The translations under genes were made by a program, and so were the position numbers. Under the pieces are notes generated by a model. That model had not been told where the DNA came from, did no database searches, and worked only from the letters and a program-made list of their open reading frames with translations. From Chloroflexota bacterium (GTDB lineage Bacteria; Bacillota; Sulfobacillia; JBFLWA01; JBLNDB01): a stretch of DNA of 64,000 bases. Shown in pieces: positions 31,689-43,563 of this stretch. The stretch covers positions 18,833 to 82,832 of the forward strand of contig JBLNDB010000092.1 of NCBI GenBank assembly GCA_050261235.1, given 5' to 3'. How positions within the stretch are numbered: position 1 is the first letter of the stretch; each line of letters opens with the position of its first letter.

Positions 31689-32147
31689 ATGAACGACCGT
31701 CTGGTTACCGAGCTTGCGGACCTGGCGAGCGGTGTGGCGAATCAGTTGAACCTGGAATTGGTCGACGTCGAACTCGTCAAGGAAGGCGGGGCGCACTACC
31801 TGCGCTTCTACATTGACAAGCCGGGCGGCGTCTTCCTTGACGACTGCGAGGCGTTCCACCGGCGCATCGAACCGTTGCTCGACGAACGCGATCCGATTCC
31901 GCACGCCTACAATCTGGAGGTGGCGTCCCCGGGCGCGAACCGTCCGCTGAAGAAGGATGTGGACTTCGAGCGGTTCGCCGGCCAGCGGGTGCAGGTTCGC
32001 TGCTATGAGCCGTGGAACGGCCGGCGCCAATGGCATGGCAAGCTGATAGGCCTGCTTGGTGATGACCTGGTGATTGTCGCCGACGAAGGCGAACAACGGA
32101 TCCCGCGCGCCAAAGTGTCACGGACGCGCCTCGATCCCGAGTTCTAG
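31689..32147 (+). CDS. rimP: Ribosome maturation factor RimP
   Basis: Start trimmed to MNDRLVTELA with GGAGGG upstream. 152 aa. Position before nusA. Confidence 0.85.
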   Translation: MNDRLVTELADLASGVANQLNLELVDVELVKEGGAHYLRFYIDKPGGVFLDDCEAFHRRIEPLLDERDPIPHAYNLEVASPGANRPLKKDVDFERFAGQRVQVRCYEPWNGRRQWHGKLIGLLGDDLVIVADEGEQRIPRAKVSRTRLDPEF

Positions 32148-32163
32148 CGAGGAGGAGAGAGTT

Positions 32164-33207
32164 TTGGCCGAAGAGTTCATGGAGGCGCTTGAGGATCTGG
32201 AACGCGAGCGCGGCATTGCCAAAGAGGTCCTGCTCGAGGCAATCGAAGCAGCCCTGGTGTCTGCCTACAAGCGCAACTTCGCGTCGGCTGCCAATGTCCG
32301 CGTCATCATCGACCGGGTCTCAGGCGCGCCGCGCGTCCTGGCGCAGAAGACGGTCGTCGAGACGGTCGTCGACCCGCGCCTCGAGATCTCGCTCGAGGAC
32401 GCGAGAAGCAGGAATGCCTCATATCAACCCGGGGACATCGTCGAAGAAGAGGTCACCCCGCGCGACTTCGGCCGGATCGCGGCCCAGAACGCCAAGCAAG
32501 TGGTGGTGCAGCGGATCCGCGAGGCCGAGCGCGGGATTATCTATGATGAGTTTCTGAACCGTGAGAGCGACATCGTCACCGGCATGGTCCACCGCGTCGA
32601 GGGACGCAACGTGCTGATCGACCTGGGCAAGACGGAAGGTCTGCTCGGGCCAACGGAGCAGATTCCGAATGAGAACTACCGCCTCGGCGACCGCGTCAAG
32701 TGCTATGTGGTCGAGGTCAAGAAGACCACCAAGGGGCCCCAGATCCTGCTCTCCCGGACGCACCCCGGCTTGCTCAAGCGGTTGTTCGAACTCGAGGTGC
32801 CGGAGATCCACGACGGCGTCGTCGAGATCAAGGCGATCAGCCGCGAAGCCGGCTCCCGAGCCAAAGTCGCCGTCTGGTCGCGCGACGAGAACGTCGACCC
32901 GCTCGGGGCATGCGTTGGTCAGCGCGGAACGCGCGTCCAGGCGATCGTCAACGAACTGCGCGGCGAGAAGATCGACATCGTCAAGTGGAGCGAGGATCCC
33001 GCTGAGTTCGTCGCCCAAGCGTTGAGCCCAGCCAAGGTGACCGACGTCACCATTGAGGAAGAGGGCCGGGTGGCGCGGGTGGTCGTACCGGACTTCCAGC
33101 TATCGTTGGCGATCGGCAAGGAAGGTCAGAACGCCAGACTGGCTGCCAAGCTTACGGGGATCAAGATCGATATCAAGAGTGAGTCCCAGGCCGGATCCAT
33201 CAGCTGA
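32164..33207 (+). CDS. nusA: Transcription termination/antitermination factor NusA
   Basis: TTG start 8 nt after GAGGAGG. N-terminal LEEAIEAALVSAYKRNF, S1 and KH domains. Confidence 0.9.
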   Translation: MAEEFMEALEDLERERGIAKEVLLEAIEAALVSAYKRNFASAANVRVIIDRVSGAPRVLAQKTVVETVVDPRLEISLEDARSRNASYQPGDIVEEEVTPRDFGRIAAQNAKQVVVQRIREAERGIIYDEFLNRESDIVTGMVHRVEGRNVLIDLGKTEGLLGPTEQIPNENYRLGDRVKCYVVEVKKTTKGPQILLSRTHPGLLKRLFELEVPEIHDGVVEIKAISREAGSRAKVAVWSRDENVDPLGACVGQRGTRVQAIVNELRGEKIDIVKWSEDPAEFVAQALSPAKVTDVTIEEEGRVARVVVPDFQLSLAIGKEGQNARLAAKLTGIKIDIKSESQAGSIS

Positions 33208-33273
33208 TGACGGGTTGACCCGCCCCATCTGGCAACGAGCGGGCCGCGGCCCCTGCTTGAGGGAGGCAAGACA

Positions 33274-33567
33274 GTGTTGAAGAAGAGAAAAGTCCCGATG
33301 CGCATGTGCACCGGCTGCTCGGCCTCGCGGCCGAAGCGGGAGTTGCTGCGCGTCGTGCGCACCCCTCAGGGCGAAATCACGGTCGATCCGACCGGAAAGG
33401 TCGCCGGTCGGGGCGCGTACCTCTGCCCGGATCCGGACTGCTTGGACAAAGCATTGAGATCAAAGCGCCTGGAGAACGCCCTCGAGTGCACATTGTCGGC
33501 TGAGACCGTCGACCAGTTGCGCGAGGCGGTCAGTGAGAGCGCGAAGCAACCGGGGGTGAAGCAATGA
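33274..33567 (+). CDS. ylxR: YlxR/RnpM family RNA-binding protein (DUF448)
   Basis: [46 protein letters not shown] is the YlxR signature. GTG start with GAGGGAGG upstream. Confidence 0.85.
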   Translation: MLKKRKVPMRMCTGCSASRPKRELLRVVRTPQGEITVDPTGKVAGRGAYLCPDPDCLDKALRSKRLENALECTLSAETVDQLREAVSESAKQPGVKQ

Positions 33568-36500
33568 GTCAGAAAGTCCATGAAATCGCACGTGACCTCC
33601 TCGCAAGCAGCAAGGAGATAATGGACCTCGTACGCAGCCTCGGGGTCGAGGTCAAGAACCACATGGCGACCGTCGAGGACGATATCGCCGAGAAGGTCAA
33701 GGTCGAATACGCCAAGAAGCGCGAGGAACAGAAAGCCAAGGCGCCGGCGCCGAGGCTGCAGGTGCGCGTGCCGTCGGCTCTCCACACGCCGCTCATCCCG
33801 CTCCGCGAGGAGCAGGGTGCGGCTGCCGAAAAGGCCGAGATTCCCGCCGAAGCAACCAAGAAGGCCACACGCACCAGGACCGCTGCCAAGAAGGCGGAGA
33901 AGCCGGTTGAGGGCGAGCCTGCCACCGCGGCCAAGCCCAAAGCATCGGGAGAGCGGGCGACGACGCGCCGCTCTGCCGCCAACAAGACCGGCGTCGCTAA
34001 GGCACCCACCGGCCAGACAGCTGCCAGAGAAGCCGCGGCTGATGAGACGCCGGCGAAGGACGCCGCTGCCAAGGATGCCACTGCCAGGGAGCGGTCGGCC
34101 GCAACCCGGCGGCCTGCCGCCCAAGATATGCCGGCGACGGCGGATGAGAATCGGCCTCAAGTCGAAGATGCTCCCAAGAAGCAGGCTGCGCCGGCTCCCG
34201 CGACTCCTGCCAATGCGACTCCGGCCAATGCGACTCCTGCCAATGCCACTCCGGCAGCGCCTGCCGCGACTCCGGCCAGGCCGGCGGCACCGCCGCCGGC
34301 GCGTCCGACCGGCCCTCAGGGGATCCAGAGCAGCCCGCGCCCGGCGGGATCCGGGGTCAGCAGCCTGCCGCGTCCGGCGGGAGCCGGGCCGACGCCGCGG
34401 CCAGCGGGATACCAGGGAGTGTCGAGCGGTCCGCGCCCTGTTGGTTCAGGTCCTCGTCCGGCCGGTGCCCAGGGTGGTCCCCGTCCGCCGTATCCGGGGC
34501 AGGGCCCACGCCCAGGCTTCGCCGGCCCGGTTGGCGGCCCCCGTCCCGCCGGAGCGGGCGGGTTCGGCGCTCCACGTCCGGGCGGTCCGCGCCCAGGCGG
34601 GCCGCGTCCGGCCGGCGGTCCGATGCGCCCTGGCGCCGGCCCTGCCGGTGCCCCCGCAGCAGGCCCCGTGCCTGTCGGCAGACCCGGCGCAGCCAAAGGA
34701 GGGCAGCGCCGCGGCGGTCAGGACTTCCGCTCCCGCAAGCGCGAGATCGAGGAACGCGAGCGCGAGCGGCGGGCCCTGCAGGAGGCCCGCGCGCGTGAAC
34801 AGGCTGCCCAGCCGAAGGAGAGGAAGCCGCTCTCCATCACTGAGGATCTCACGGTCAAGGAACTGGCCGACAAGATGGACATGCGGTCGTCAGAGGTCAT
34901 CCGCAAGCTGATTGCCATGGGTGTCATGGCCACGGTCAACCAGACGCTCGACGCCGAGACCGCCAAGATCGTCGCCACGGAACTCGGCTTCCCGATCAAG
35001 GAAGAGGCGCCGGTGGTCGAGGAAGTCCTCGATCCGATCGACGACGACGACGAGCCCGATGAACTCAAGGAGAGCCGGCCGCCGGTCGTGACTGTGATGG
35101 GGCACGTCGACCACGGCAAGACCTCCCTGCTGGATGCGATCCGCAAGACCAACGTCACCGCCCGCGAGGCCGGCGGCATTACGCAGCACATCGGTGCGTC
35201 GACCGTCGAGATCAAGGGGCGCAAGATCGTCTTCCTCGATACTCCGGGCCACGAGGCGTTCACGTCGATGCGAGCCCGCGGCGCGAAGGTCACGGACATC
35301 GCGATCCTCGTCGTGGCCGCTGATGACAGCGTCATGCCGCAGACTGTCGAGGCGATCAACCACGCAAAGGCTGCCGAGGTGCCGATCATCGTCGCCATCA
35401 ACAAGATGGACACGCGCGGCGCCGATCCGCAGCGAGTCAAGACCGACCTGACGCAACACGGGCTGGTCGTCGAGGAATGGGGCGGCGACACCATCGCCGT
35501 GCCTGTATCGGCAAAAGACGGAACCGGCATCGATCAGCTCCTGGAGATGGTGCTGCTGGTCGCCGACGTTCACGAACTCAAGGCCAACCCCAACAAACCG
35601 GCGCGCGGCTCGATCATCGAGGCCGAGATTGACAAAGGACGCGGTCCGGTCGCGACAGTACTGATTCGCAGCGGCACGCTGCACGTGGGCGATCCGGTGG
35701 TCGCCGGGCTGACCTATGGCAAGGTCCGCGCCATGTTCGACGACAAGGGACGCAAGATCAAGAAAGCAGGTCCGTCGATGCCGGTCGAGGTCCTCGGTCT
35801 GGCGGACGTGCCGCAGGCTGGCGACATGTTCTTTGCCGTCGAGAGCGAGCAGCGGGCCCGCGAAATCGCCGAGAAGAAACAGGTCAGGAAGCGGACCGAA
35901 GACATGACCGTGAAGCAGCGGGTGACCCTCGACGACCTGATGAACCAGATTAAGCAGGGCGAGGTAAAGGACCTCAACATCGTCCTCAAGGGTGACGTCC
36001 AGGGTTCCGTGGAAGCGGTCAAGGCGGCAATCGAGAAGCTATCGACGAGCGAAATCCGCATTCAGGTCATCCATGCGGCAGTCGGTGCGATCAATGAGAG
36101 TGACGTCCTGCTTGCCTCAACTTCAAAGGCGATCATCGTCGGTTTCAATGTGCGTCCTGACGCCAACGCCCGCCGGCTGAGCGAGCGTGACCAGATCGAC
36201 ATCCGGACCTACAGCATCATCTACGAGGTAGTGGACGACATCAAGCGTGCCATGGAAGGTATGCTGGAACCGGAGGAGCGCGAGGTAGTCAGCGGGCACG
36301 TCGAGGTCAGGCAGCTGTTCAAGGTGCCGAAGTTCGGGACCATTGCCGGCAGCTATGTCAGTGAAGGCAAGGTAATCCGCGGCTACACCGCGCGGGTTAT
36401 CCGCGACGGCATCGTCGTCCATACCGCGAAGATCGACTCGTTGCGCCGCCTCAAGGATGACGTGCACGAGGTCGTCGCTGGCTATGAGTGCGGCATCCAC

Positions 36501-36578
36501 CTCGAGAACTACAACGATCTCAAGGAAGGCGACGTCATCGAGGCGTTCACCATCGAGAAAGTGAAGCGGGAACTCTAG
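33564..36578 (+). CDS. infB: Translation initiation factor IF-2 with long Pro/Gly/Ala-rich N-terminal linker
   Basis: G-domain [16 protein letters not shown] and the C-terminal IF2 domains. Stop/start overlap with ylxR. Confidence 0.95.
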   Translation: MSQKVHEIARDLLASSKEIMDLVRSLGVEVKNHMATVEDDIAEKVKVEYAKKREEQKAKAPAPRLQVRVPSALHTPLIPLREEQGAAAEKAEIPAEATKKATRTRTAAKKAEKPVEGEPATAAKPKASGERATTRRSAANKTGVAKAPTGQTAAREAAADETPAKDAAAKDATARERSAATRRPAAQDMPATADENRPQVEDAPKKQAAPAPATPANATPANATPANATPAAPAATPARPAAPPPARPTGPQGIQSSPRPAGSGVSSLPRPAGAGPTPRPAGYQGVSSGPRPVGSGPRPAGAQGGPRPPYPGQGPRPGFAGPVGGPRPAGAGGFGAPRPGGPRPGGPRPAGGPMRPGAGPAGAPAAGPVPVGRPGAAKGGQRRGGQDFRSRKREIEERERERRALQEARAREQAAQPKERKPLSITEDLTVKELADKMDMRSSEVIRKLIAMGVMATVNQTLDAETAKIVATELGFPIKEEAPVVEEVLDPIDDDDEPDELKESRPPVVTVMGHVDHGKTSLLDAIRKTNVTAREAGGITQHIGASTVEIKGRKIVFLDTPGHEAFTSMRARGAKVTDIAILVVAADDSVMPQTVEAINHAKAAEVPIIVAINKMDTRGADPQRVKTDLTQHGLVVEEWGGDTIAVPVSAKDGTGIDQLLEMVLLVADVHELKANPNKPARGSIIEAEIDKGRGPVATVLIRSGTLHVGDPVVAGLTYGKVRAMFDDKGRKIKKAGPSMPVEVLGLADVPQAGDMFFAVESEQRAREIAEKKQVRKRTEDMTVKQRVTLDDLMNQIKQGEVKDLNIVLKGDVQGSVEAVKAAIEKLSTSEIRIQVIHAAVGAINESDVLLASTSKAIIVGFNVRPDANARRLSERDQIDIRTYSIIYEVVDDIKRAMEGMLEPEEREVVSGHVEVRQLFKVPKFGTIAGSYVSEGKVIRGYTARVIRDGIVVHTAKIDSLRRLKDDVHEVVAGYECGIHLENYNDLKEGDVIEAFTIEKVKREL
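34200..34259 (+). repeat. 15-nt in-frame tandem repeat (4 units, encoding ATPAN-type repeats) inside infB linker
   Basis: gcgactcctgccaat / gcgactccggccaat / gcgactcctgccaat / gccactccggcagcg. Confidence 0.7.
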
Positions 36579-36611
36579 TCCGGATCGCAATTCACAGCTG
36601 CGGTAGGTGAG

Positions 36612-37025
36612 ATGTCCGTGAACAATCAGCGCCAGGAGAGAGTCAACTCCCAGTTCAAGACCGAACTGGCCGACCTGCTGCGCCGAGTCAAGGATCCGCG
36701 AATCGGCTTCGTGTCGGTGACCGACGTCGAAGTGACGCCAGACCTCAAGCAGGCGCGCGTCTATGTCAGTGTCCTCGGCAATGAGGACGCGCGGCGCGAC
36801 ACGCTGTCCGGCCTGCGCAGCGCCACAGGCTTCATCAAGACCGAACTGGCGCGGCGCGTGCGCTTGCGGTTCATGCCGGACATCGAGTGGCGCTATGACT
36901 CGTCGATCGAGCACGGCGCCCGCATCAACGAGTTGCTGAACCAGGTGAAGCGAAGTCAGGATGACAGCGGGACCGGCGACCGACAGCCGGACGTTCCGCC
37001 CGCCGGGGGTGAACCGAAGGCTTGA
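36612..37025 (+). CDS. rbfA: Ribosome-binding factor A
   Basis: RVNSQFKTELADLLRRVKDPRIGFVSVTDVEVTPDLKQARVYVSVLG is the RbfA KH-like core. C-terminal extension. Confidence 0.9.
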   Translation: MSVNNQRQERVNSQFKTELADLLRRVKDPRIGFVSVTDVEVTPDLKQARVYVSVLGNEDARRDTLSGLRSATGFIKTELARRVRLRFMPDIEWRYDSSIEHGARINELLNQVKRSQDDSGTGDRQPDVPPAGGEPKA

Positions 37026-37999
37026 CGCTCTTCGCCGCCGGCGCACTGCCGGCCCCTGCGGTCGCGGTTGTCCAGCTGATCACGGCGTCACAGCGCCCGC
37101 TCATCGTCTTCCACGAACATCCGGATGGCGACGCACTGGGCTCGTCATTGGCGCTTCTGCTGGCACTGCGCAAGCTGGGCAAGGAGCCCCTTGCCGCCTG
37201 CGTGGACCCGCCACCGCAGTACTATCGCTTCCTGCCCGGCAGCGAGGACGTCGCCGTCGCCCCGCGAGAGGGCGATCACGACCTGGCCATTTTGGTGGAC
37301 TGCGCCGACCTGCAGCGGGCCGGCGCACTTGTCCAGTTGGCGACAGCCTGTCCGCGACTGGTCAACATCGACCACCACCCGACGAACAACGGCTATGGCG
37401 ATGCCGCCTGGGTCGAACCAGTCGCCGCGGCCAGCGCAGAGTTGGTGGTGCCGATTATCACGGCGCTGGGAGTCGCGGTTGATCCCGACATCGCCACCTG
37501 CATCTACACCGCAGTGCTGACGGACACCGGCTCATTCCACTACAGCAACACGACGCCCGCCTGTCTCCGCCTGGCGGGCGAGATGGTCGCACAGGGCGCC
37601 CGTCCGGACCTGATCAGCGAGGCGGTATACGAACAAAGACCGCGCGCCGACATCGAGCTGATCGCCGCCGGCCTGCAGACCCTCCGTCTCACGGACGACG
37701 GCAAGGTGGCCTGGCTGAGTCTTGACCGGGCCGTCATGGACGCAACGCGCGGCGACAGCGAAGGCATCGTCAATTACGGCCGGATGATCGCCGGCGTCGA
37801 GGTAGCCATCCTGTTCCGCGAGCAAGCTCCTGGTGACATCAAGGTCAGTTTCCGCTCGCGCAACGTCGATGTCGCCACGCTGGCCAGCGAATTCGGCGGC
37901 GGCGGCCACCCCCGCGCCGCCGGTTGCACCTTCCACGGCTCGCTGGCCGACGCCGAGGCGACGATTGTCAGGCGCACCGCCGAGTGCGTGAGCGGGTAG
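37022..37999 (+). CDS. nrnA: DHH/DHHA1 phosphoesterase NrnA (oligoribonuclease / pAp phosphatase)
   Basis: DHH motif (NIDHHPTNNGYG), DHHA1 GGGH motif (EFGGGGHPRAAG). Conserved position between rbfA and truB. Confidence 0.85.
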   Translation: MTLFAAGALPAPAVAVVQLITASQRPLIVFHEHPDGDALGSSLALLLALRKLGKEPLAACVDPPPQYYRFLPGSEDVAVAPREGDHDLAILVDCADLQRAGALVQLATACPRLVNIDHHPTNNGYGDAAWVEPVAAASAELVVPIITALGVAVDPDIATCIYTAVLTDTGSFHYSNTTPACLRLAGEMVAQGARPDLISEAVYEQRPRADIELIAAGLQTLRLTDDGKVAWLSLDRAVMDATRGDSEGIVNYGRMIAGVEVAILFREQAPGDIKVSFRSRNVDVATLASEFGGGGHPRAAGCTFHGSLADAEATIVRRTAECVSG

Positions 38000-38009
38000 G
38001 GGGCACCGC

Positions 38010-38910
38010 CATGGACGGTTTCCTCAACATCCTCAAGCCGCCAGGCATGACTTCGCACGACGTCGTCAACCGGATCCGCCGTCTGTCGGGCGAGCGCCGC
38101 GTAGGGCACACCGGCACCCTCGACCCCGATGTCCCGGGAGTGCTGGCCGTCGGCATCGGACAGGCAGTCAGGCTGAACGAGTACCTGCTCGACGCGGACA
38201 AGGCATATCGGGCTGAGATCACGCTCGGCCTGAGCACGTCGACCGGCGATGCGGCCGGCGAGATCACCGCCGCGATGCCGGCGGGGAACATCTCCGCCGA
38301 CCGGCTTGAAGCGGCAATGCTCAGCTTCGTCGGCACGTATGAGCAACTGCCGCCAATGGTCTCGGCAACGAAGGTCGGGGGCCGGCGCCTGTATGACCTC
38401 GCCCGCAGCGGTATCGAGATCGAGCGCCCGACCAAGCGTGTGACGATCCACTCTCTGTCGCTGCTCGCCTTTGAAGGCGGCGATCGGCCGTCAGCCCTGT
38501 TCGACATCGTCTGCTCCAAAGGCACATACGTAAGGACGCTCTGCGAGGATATCGGCAAGCGGCTGGGAGTCCCGGCGCACATGTCATTTCTGGTGCGAAC
38601 CCGTTCCGGACCGTTCCGCATCGAGGCGGCAGCCACGCTTCAGGACATCGCGGCGGATCTGCGCGGCCTTCTCTTGCCGCTCACGGCGGCTGTCCCAGGG
38701 CTGCCACTGCTGACCCTGCAGCTGGAGCACTCGCGGAGCGTCCGTCACGGCGTGCTGCCGGAGTGGGACTGGTTCGCCGCTCCAGACTTCGCTCTGCCTG
38801 AACGCGCCGGCCTGGTTGATGGATCAGGCGCGTTGCTCGCGGTGGTCGAGCGTGACTCGACCGGCGAGCACCCCTATCGCTACACCAAGGTTCTCTGCCA
38901 CGGGGAGTGA
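38010..38910 (+). CDS. truB: tRNA pseudouridine(55) synthase TruB
   Basis: Start trimmed to MDGFLNILKPPGMTSHDVVNRIRRL. Catalytic Asp in GHTGTLDP. Confidence 0.95.
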
Positions 38911-39881
38911 CGGCGGTGATTGTTCAACGAGTCTCAGAGATCCCCGCCAGTACCGAAACCGGATGCTCGGTTGCCATCGGCACGTTTGACGGGGTTCACC
39001 TCGGCCACCGCCGCCTGCTTGAGATGACGGTGGCCGACGCGCGCTCGCACGGACGCGAGAGCGTCGTCCTGACATTCGACCCGCATCCGCTTCATGTCTT
39101 GCGGCCTGTAGCCGCCCCGCGCCTGCTGATGACGCCTGAGGACCGGGCCGAGCACATCGGTGCCCTCGGCGTCGATCGTCTGGTCATGCTGGAGTTCACC
39201 CGTGGCCTGGCCAACGAGGCACCGGCGGATTTCGTGCGCCGCCACATCGTCGAAGAGCTGAAGGCAAAGATGGTCTTCGTCGGGTTCAACTTCACCTATG
39301 GCCGACATGGTGAAGGAACGCCGGAGCGGTTGCGCTCGCTGGGCGTCCGTCTCGGGTTCGGCGTCGAGATCCTGGCGCCGGTGGTCAGTGACGGGCACGC
39401 GGTGTCGAGCACCGCCGTCCGCCAAGCGGTCATGTCCGGCGAGATGGAGAGCGCCGCGGCGATGCTGACCAGGCCGTACTTCCTGCCTGGGGTAGTGGTC
39501 CACGGCGACGGCCGCGGCCGGACTCTCGGCTTTCCGACGGCGAACGTCGCCGCGCCCGACACGCTCGTGCGCCCGCGACCCGGCGTCTACGTGGTGCAGC
39601 TGTCGTATCGCGACCAGATCGCGTTCGGCGTCGCCAACATCGGCCACCGACCGACGTTCAAGGGGCAGGACCTGAGGCTGGAGGTCCATCTGCTTGAGCG
39701 GACGCTCGACCTTTATGACCAGCGAGTGCGCGTCCACTTCATCCATTACCTGCGGCCGGAGCGGGCGTTCCGAACGGCCGCCGAACTGCAGGCGCAGATC
39801 AACAGCGACATCCGTGCCGCGCTGGCCGTGCGGGAAAGCGGCGGCAGCCGTTTACAGGCTGCGGTGACTATGGTAGAATGA
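38907..39881 (+). CDS. ribF: Bifunctional riboflavin kinase / FMN adenylyltransferase
   Basis: GTFDGVHLGHRRLL nucleotidyltransferase motif. C-terminal riboflavin kinase domain (PTANV..., GVY). Confidence 0.9.
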   Translation: MTAVIVQRVSEIPASTETGCSVAIGTFDGVHLGHRRLLEMTVADARSHGRESVVLTFDPHPLHVLRPVAAPRLLMTPEDRAEHIGALGVDRLVMLEFTRGLANEAPADFVRRHIVEELKAKMVFVGFNFTYGRHGEGTPERLRSLGVRLGFGVEILAPVVSDGHAVSSTAVRQAVMSGEMESAAAMLTRPYFLPGVVVHGDGRGRTLGFPTANVAAPDTLVRPRPGVYVVQLSYRDQIAFGVANIGHRPTFKGQDLRLEVHLLERTLDLYDQRVRVHFIHYLRPERAFRTAAELQAQINSDIRAALAVRESGGSRLQAAVTMVE

Positions 39882-39969
39882 TGGCTGTCGATGAACCGCG
39901 GCTCGGCTCGGCGATCCTCCGTCACCGGGCTTGGCCGCAGGCGATTACGGCAACCAAAGGAGGATTTTC

Positions 39970-40236
39970 ATGCTGAATCCTGAGAAGAAGAAAGAGATCA
40001 TCGCCGGCTACAAGATTCATGAAACTGATACCGGCTCGCCGGAGGTCCAGATTGCCATCCTCAGCGAGCGCATCAGCTATCTGACGGAGCACCTCAAGGT
40101 CCATCGCAAGGACCATCACTCGCGCCGCGGTCTGCTCAAGATGGTCGGACAACGCCGCAGCCTTCTCAACTACCTGCGCGACACCGACATCGTTCGCTAT
40201 CGCACGATCATCGACCGGCTCGGGATTCGCAAATAG
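39970..40236 (+). CDS. rpsO: 30S ribosomal protein S15
   Basis: Start trimmed to [11 protein letters not shown] with GGAGG upstream. 88 aa with the canonical S15 sequence. Confidence 0.95.
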   Translation: MLNPEKKKEIIAGYKIHETDTGSPEVQIAILSERISYLTEHLKVHRKDHHSRRGLLKMVGQRRSLLNYLRDTDIVRYRTIIDRLGIRK

Positions 40237-40246
40237 GGCTCGCCTG

Positions 40247-40273
40247 ACAGCAGCCGCAAGGCTGCTGTTTTCG
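40247..40273 (+). terminator. rpsO intrinsic terminator
   Basis: ACAGCAGCC-GCAA-GGCTGCTGT followed by TTTCG. Confidence 0.6.
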
Positions 40274-40440
40274 CATTCCCGTGGTGTTATGGATGCCGGA
40301 TGGAAGGAGATAATAACTCCTGTGTCGAAACTGGCATTTTGTGCCTCGCACGCCGGGGCACGTCCCGTTTTTCGGGGCGGAACACGATGGCGCTGAGACA
40401 AGCGCCCGACAAGAGGGTAGAAGGGGAGGCAGCGACACGT

Positions 40441-42717
40441 ATGCACCAGGTATTTGAGACAGAGATCGCCGGTCGCAAGTTCGTCATCGAGACCGGCAAA
40501 GTCGCCCAGCAGGCCGGCGGATCATGTCTGGTCCGCTATGGCGACACGGTAGTGCTCGTCACGGCGACGGCATCCAGCCAGCCACGCGAGGGTATCGATT
40601 TCTTCCCCCTGACAGTCGACTACGAAGAGCGCTCATATGCGATCGGCAAGATTCCGGGCAGTGTCTTCCGGCGCGAGGGGCGGCCAACGGAGAAGGCCAT
40701 TCTCGCCGCTCGCTTGACCGACCGTCCGCTTCGCCCGCTGTTCCCGAGCGGCTTCCGCAATGATGTAGCGATCGTCGTCACCGTCATGTCGGTGGACTAT
40801 GACAACTCCCCGGAAATGTGCGGCATGATCGGCTCGTCGCTGGCGCTCATGATCTCGGACATTCCGTTCAACGGGCCGACGGCGGCCGTACAGGTCGGTC
40901 TGGTCGACGGCCAATACGTGATCAACCCGACCCGCGCTCAGGATGCCGTCAGCCGCCTGACGCTGTCCGTCGCTGGGAGCAAGGACGCCATTCTGATGGT
41001 CGAGGCCGGCGCCAAAGAGGTCACTGAAGAGGAGATGATCGACGCCATTCTCTTCGGTCACGAAGAGATCAAGCGGATCATCGCCTTCGAAGAGGAGATC
41101 ATCGCTCAGGTCGCCAAGGCGAAGCGCGAGATGTCAGTGTTCGAGGTCACGCCTGAGGTCGCCGCGGCAGTCAAGGCGGCGATTGGCGATGACCTCCGCC
41201 AGGCCGTCCGCCATCCCGACAAGCAGACCCGCGAGGCCAATATCGACGCGCTCGGCACCCGTGTCATGGAACAGGTGCTGGCGGAGTTCCCGGACAAGGC
41301 GAAGGAGATCAGCGAGGCCTACCATGACGAGCTCAAGGCCGAGGTCCGCCGCCAAATTCTCGATGACGGTGTGCGCCCGGACGGGCGGCAGGTCAACGAG
41401 ATTCGTCCCATCACCTGCGAAGTCGGGCTGTTGCCGCGCGTTCACGGTTCGGGTCTGTTCACGCGCGGTCAGACTCAGGTCATGACAGCGCTTACGCTCG
41501 GCATGATCTCCGACCAGCAGAAGCTGTTCGACCTGACCGATGAAGAGTTCAAGCGCTACATGCACCACTACAACTTCCCGTCCTACAGCACCGGCGAGAC
41601 CAAGCCGGTCCGCGGTCCCGGCCGGCGTGAAATCGGTCACGGTGCCCTGGCGGAGCGTGCCCTGGCGCCGATGATCCCGGACGACACCAGCTTCCCCTAC
41701 ACGCTTCGCCTCGTGTCGGAGGTTCTGTCATCGAACGGCTCGACCTCGATGGCAAGCGTCTGCGGCAGCACGCTGGCGCTGCTCGATGCCGGTGTGCCGA
41801 TCAAGGCCCCGGTAGCCGGCATCGCCATGGGCCTGATCAAGGAAGGCGACCGCTACAAGGTATTGACTGACATTCAGGGCATGGAAGACCACCTTGGCGA
41901 CATGGACTTCAAGGTTGCCGGCACGACTCAAGGCATCACCGCCATCCAGATGGACATCAAGATCGCCGGCATCAACCGCGAAATCCTTGAGACCGCCCTG
42001 GCCCAGGCCCGCGAGGCGCGCCTGTTCATCCTCGGCAAGATCCACGATTGCCTGCCGGCGCCGCGGCCCGAGCTGTCCAAGTACGCGCCGCGCATCACCG
42101 TCATGCAGATCAACGTCGACAACATCCGCGACGTCATCGGCCCGGGCGGCAAGATGATCAACAAGATCATCGCCGAGTGCGGCGTCGAGATCGACATCGA
42201 GGACGACGGCAGGATCTTCATCGCCTCGACCGACGAGGAAGGCGCGAAGAAGGCGCAGGCCTGGATCGAGCGGCTGACCAAGGACGTCGCTCCCGGCGAG
42301 GTCTACACCGGCAAGGTGACGCGGCTGATGAACTTCGGCGCCTTCGTCGAGATTCTCCCCGGCAAGGAAGGCCTGATCCACATCTCCGAACTGGATATCG
42401 GCCGCGTGCCCACTGTCGAGGATGCGGTCAAGATCGGCGATGAAGTCACGGTCAAGGTCACCGAGATCGACGAGAAGGGTCGGATCAACCTCTCCCGGCG
42501 CGAGGTCCTGATCGAGGAGCGGAAGCGCCTTGGCCTGCCGGTCGAAGAGCGGCCGCGTTACGATAGCCCGCGCCGCGAGGGCGGACGTCACGACGGGCCG
42601 CGCCGCGACGGCTCGCGTCGCGAAGGACAGCGTCACGACGGCCCGCGCCCGGAACGCGGCCCTGACCGCGGTCCGCGCCGTGGCGGCGACAACGGCGGAT
42701 CGCCGAGCCTGCAATGA
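40441..42717 (+). CDS. pnp: Polyribonucleotide nucleotidyltransferase (PNPase) with Arg-rich C-terminal extension
   Basis: Start trimmed to [14 protein letters not shown]. Two RNase PH domains, KH and S1. Tail [26 protein letters not shown]. Confidence 0.95.
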   Translation: MHQVFETEIAGRKFVIETGKVAQQAGGSCLVRYGDTVVLVTATASSQPREGIDFFPLTVDYEERSYAIGKIPGSVFRREGRPTEKAILAARLTDRPLRPLFPSGFRNDVAIVVTVMSVDYDNSPEMCGMIGSSLALMISDIPFNGPTAAVQVGLVDGQYVINPTRAQDAVSRLTLSVAGSKDAILMVEAGAKEVTEEEMIDAILFGHEEIKRIIAFEEEIIAQVAKAKREMSVFEVTPEVAAAVKAAIGDDLRQAVRHPDKQTREANIDALGTRVMEQVLAEFPDKAKEISEAYHDELKAEVRRQILDDGVRPDGRQVNEIRPITCEVGLLPRVHGSGLFTRGQTQVMTALTLGMISDQQKLFDLTDEEFKRYMHHYNFPSYSTGETKPVRGPGRREIGHGALAERALAPMIPDDTSFPYTLRLVSEVLSSNGSTSMASVCGSTLALLDAGVPIKAPVAGIAMGLIKEGDRYKVLTDIQGMEDHLGDMDFKVAGTTQGITAIQMDIKIAGINREILETALAQAREARLFILGKIHDCLPAPRPELSKYAPRITVMQINVDNIRDVIGPGGKMINKIIAECGVEIDIEDDGRIFIASTDEEGAKKAQAWIERLTKDVAPGEVYTGKVTRLMNFGAFVEILPGKEGLIHISELDIGRVPTVEDAVKIGDEVTVKVTEIDEKGRINLSRREVLIEERKRLGLPVEERPRYDSPRREGGRHDGPRRDGSRREGQRHDGPRPERGPDRGPRRGGDNGGSPSLQ

Positions 42718-43559
42718 AGCCTGGGCTGCATGTCTCGATCGCCGGTGGCTGGGCTGAAGTTGGCACGCGAGCGAAGGACGGGCACTGCCGGTCCCTGCAG
42801 GTCTTCTCCCGCAGCCCGCGAGGCGGCAAGGCGAAGCCGATCGATCCGGCACAAGTGAACGAGATGTGGACGACCCTCCGGGCTGAGAACATCAGCCCGC
42901 TGGTCGTCCACGTTCCCTATTTCATCAACCTGGCGTCACCCGAGGACGACAAGCATGCGTTTGCAGTCGAACTGCTGGCTGAGGAACTGCAGCGGGCCGA
43001 GGCGCTTGGCGCGATGGGGGTCGTTACCCACTTCGGCGATCACCGCGGCAGTGGCGAAGAGGCGGGACTGCGCCGCGTCGTTGCGGCGGTGCGGGGCGCG
43101 CTGTCGGCCTCGCCCGGCAAGGCGATGGTGCTCCTGGAGAACGCGGCTGGCGAAGGCGGCGAGTGCGGCACGCGCTTTGAGGAACTGGCCGCCGCCATCG
43201 CTCTCCTGGAGGGTGACCCGCGGGTGGGCGTCTGCTTCGACACTGCCCACGCCTTCGCTGCCGGTTACGACTTGCGGACGCCGGACGCCGCTGTCCGACT
43301 GGTCGGGCAGGTGCAGGCTTTGGTCGGTCCGGAGCGGCTCCGCTGCTTTCATCTGAATGACTCGAAGACGCCACTGGGCTCGCGCCGGGACCTGCACGCG
43401 AACATCGGTCACGGTGAGATTGGCAACGCTTGCTTCGAGGCCCTCTGCCGGCACTCTGCGTGGGCAGAGCTGCCTGGTATCCTCGAGACGCCTGACAAGG
43501 ACCCCGGGGCGCGTGCTGCTGATCTCGCCCTCCTTGCGGCTTGGTCGGCGGGGAGGTAA
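42714..43559 (+). CDS. nfo: Endonuclease IV (Nfo, AP endonuclease family 2)
   Basis: TIM-barrel AP endonuclease motifs ([33 protein letters not shown]). Confidence 0.85.
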   Translation: MKPGLHVSIAGGWAEVGTRAKDGHCRSLQVFSRSPRGGKAKPIDPAQVNEMWTTLRAENISPLVVHVPYFINLASPEDDKHAFAVELLAEELQRAEALGAMGVVTHFGDHRGSGEEAGLRRVVAAVRGALSASPGKAMVLLENAAGEGGECGTRFEELAAAIALLEGDPRVGVCFDTAHAFAAGYDLRTPDAAVRLVGQVQALVGPERLRCFHLNDSKTPLGSRRDLHANIGHGEIGNACFEALCRHSAWAELPGILETPDKDPGARAADLALLAAWSAGR

Positions 43560-43563
43560 AGCG

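Noticed and set aside
33817-34911. 364-aa Arg/Pro-rich + strand ORF overlapping infB
   Set aside because: Out-of-frame reading of the repetitive IF-2 linker. Low-complexity RRRR/PRP composition.
40274-40440. Possible structured pnp 5' leader (short CGGG/CCCG stem plus TTTTT)
   Set aside because: The stem is too short to call an attenuator confidently.
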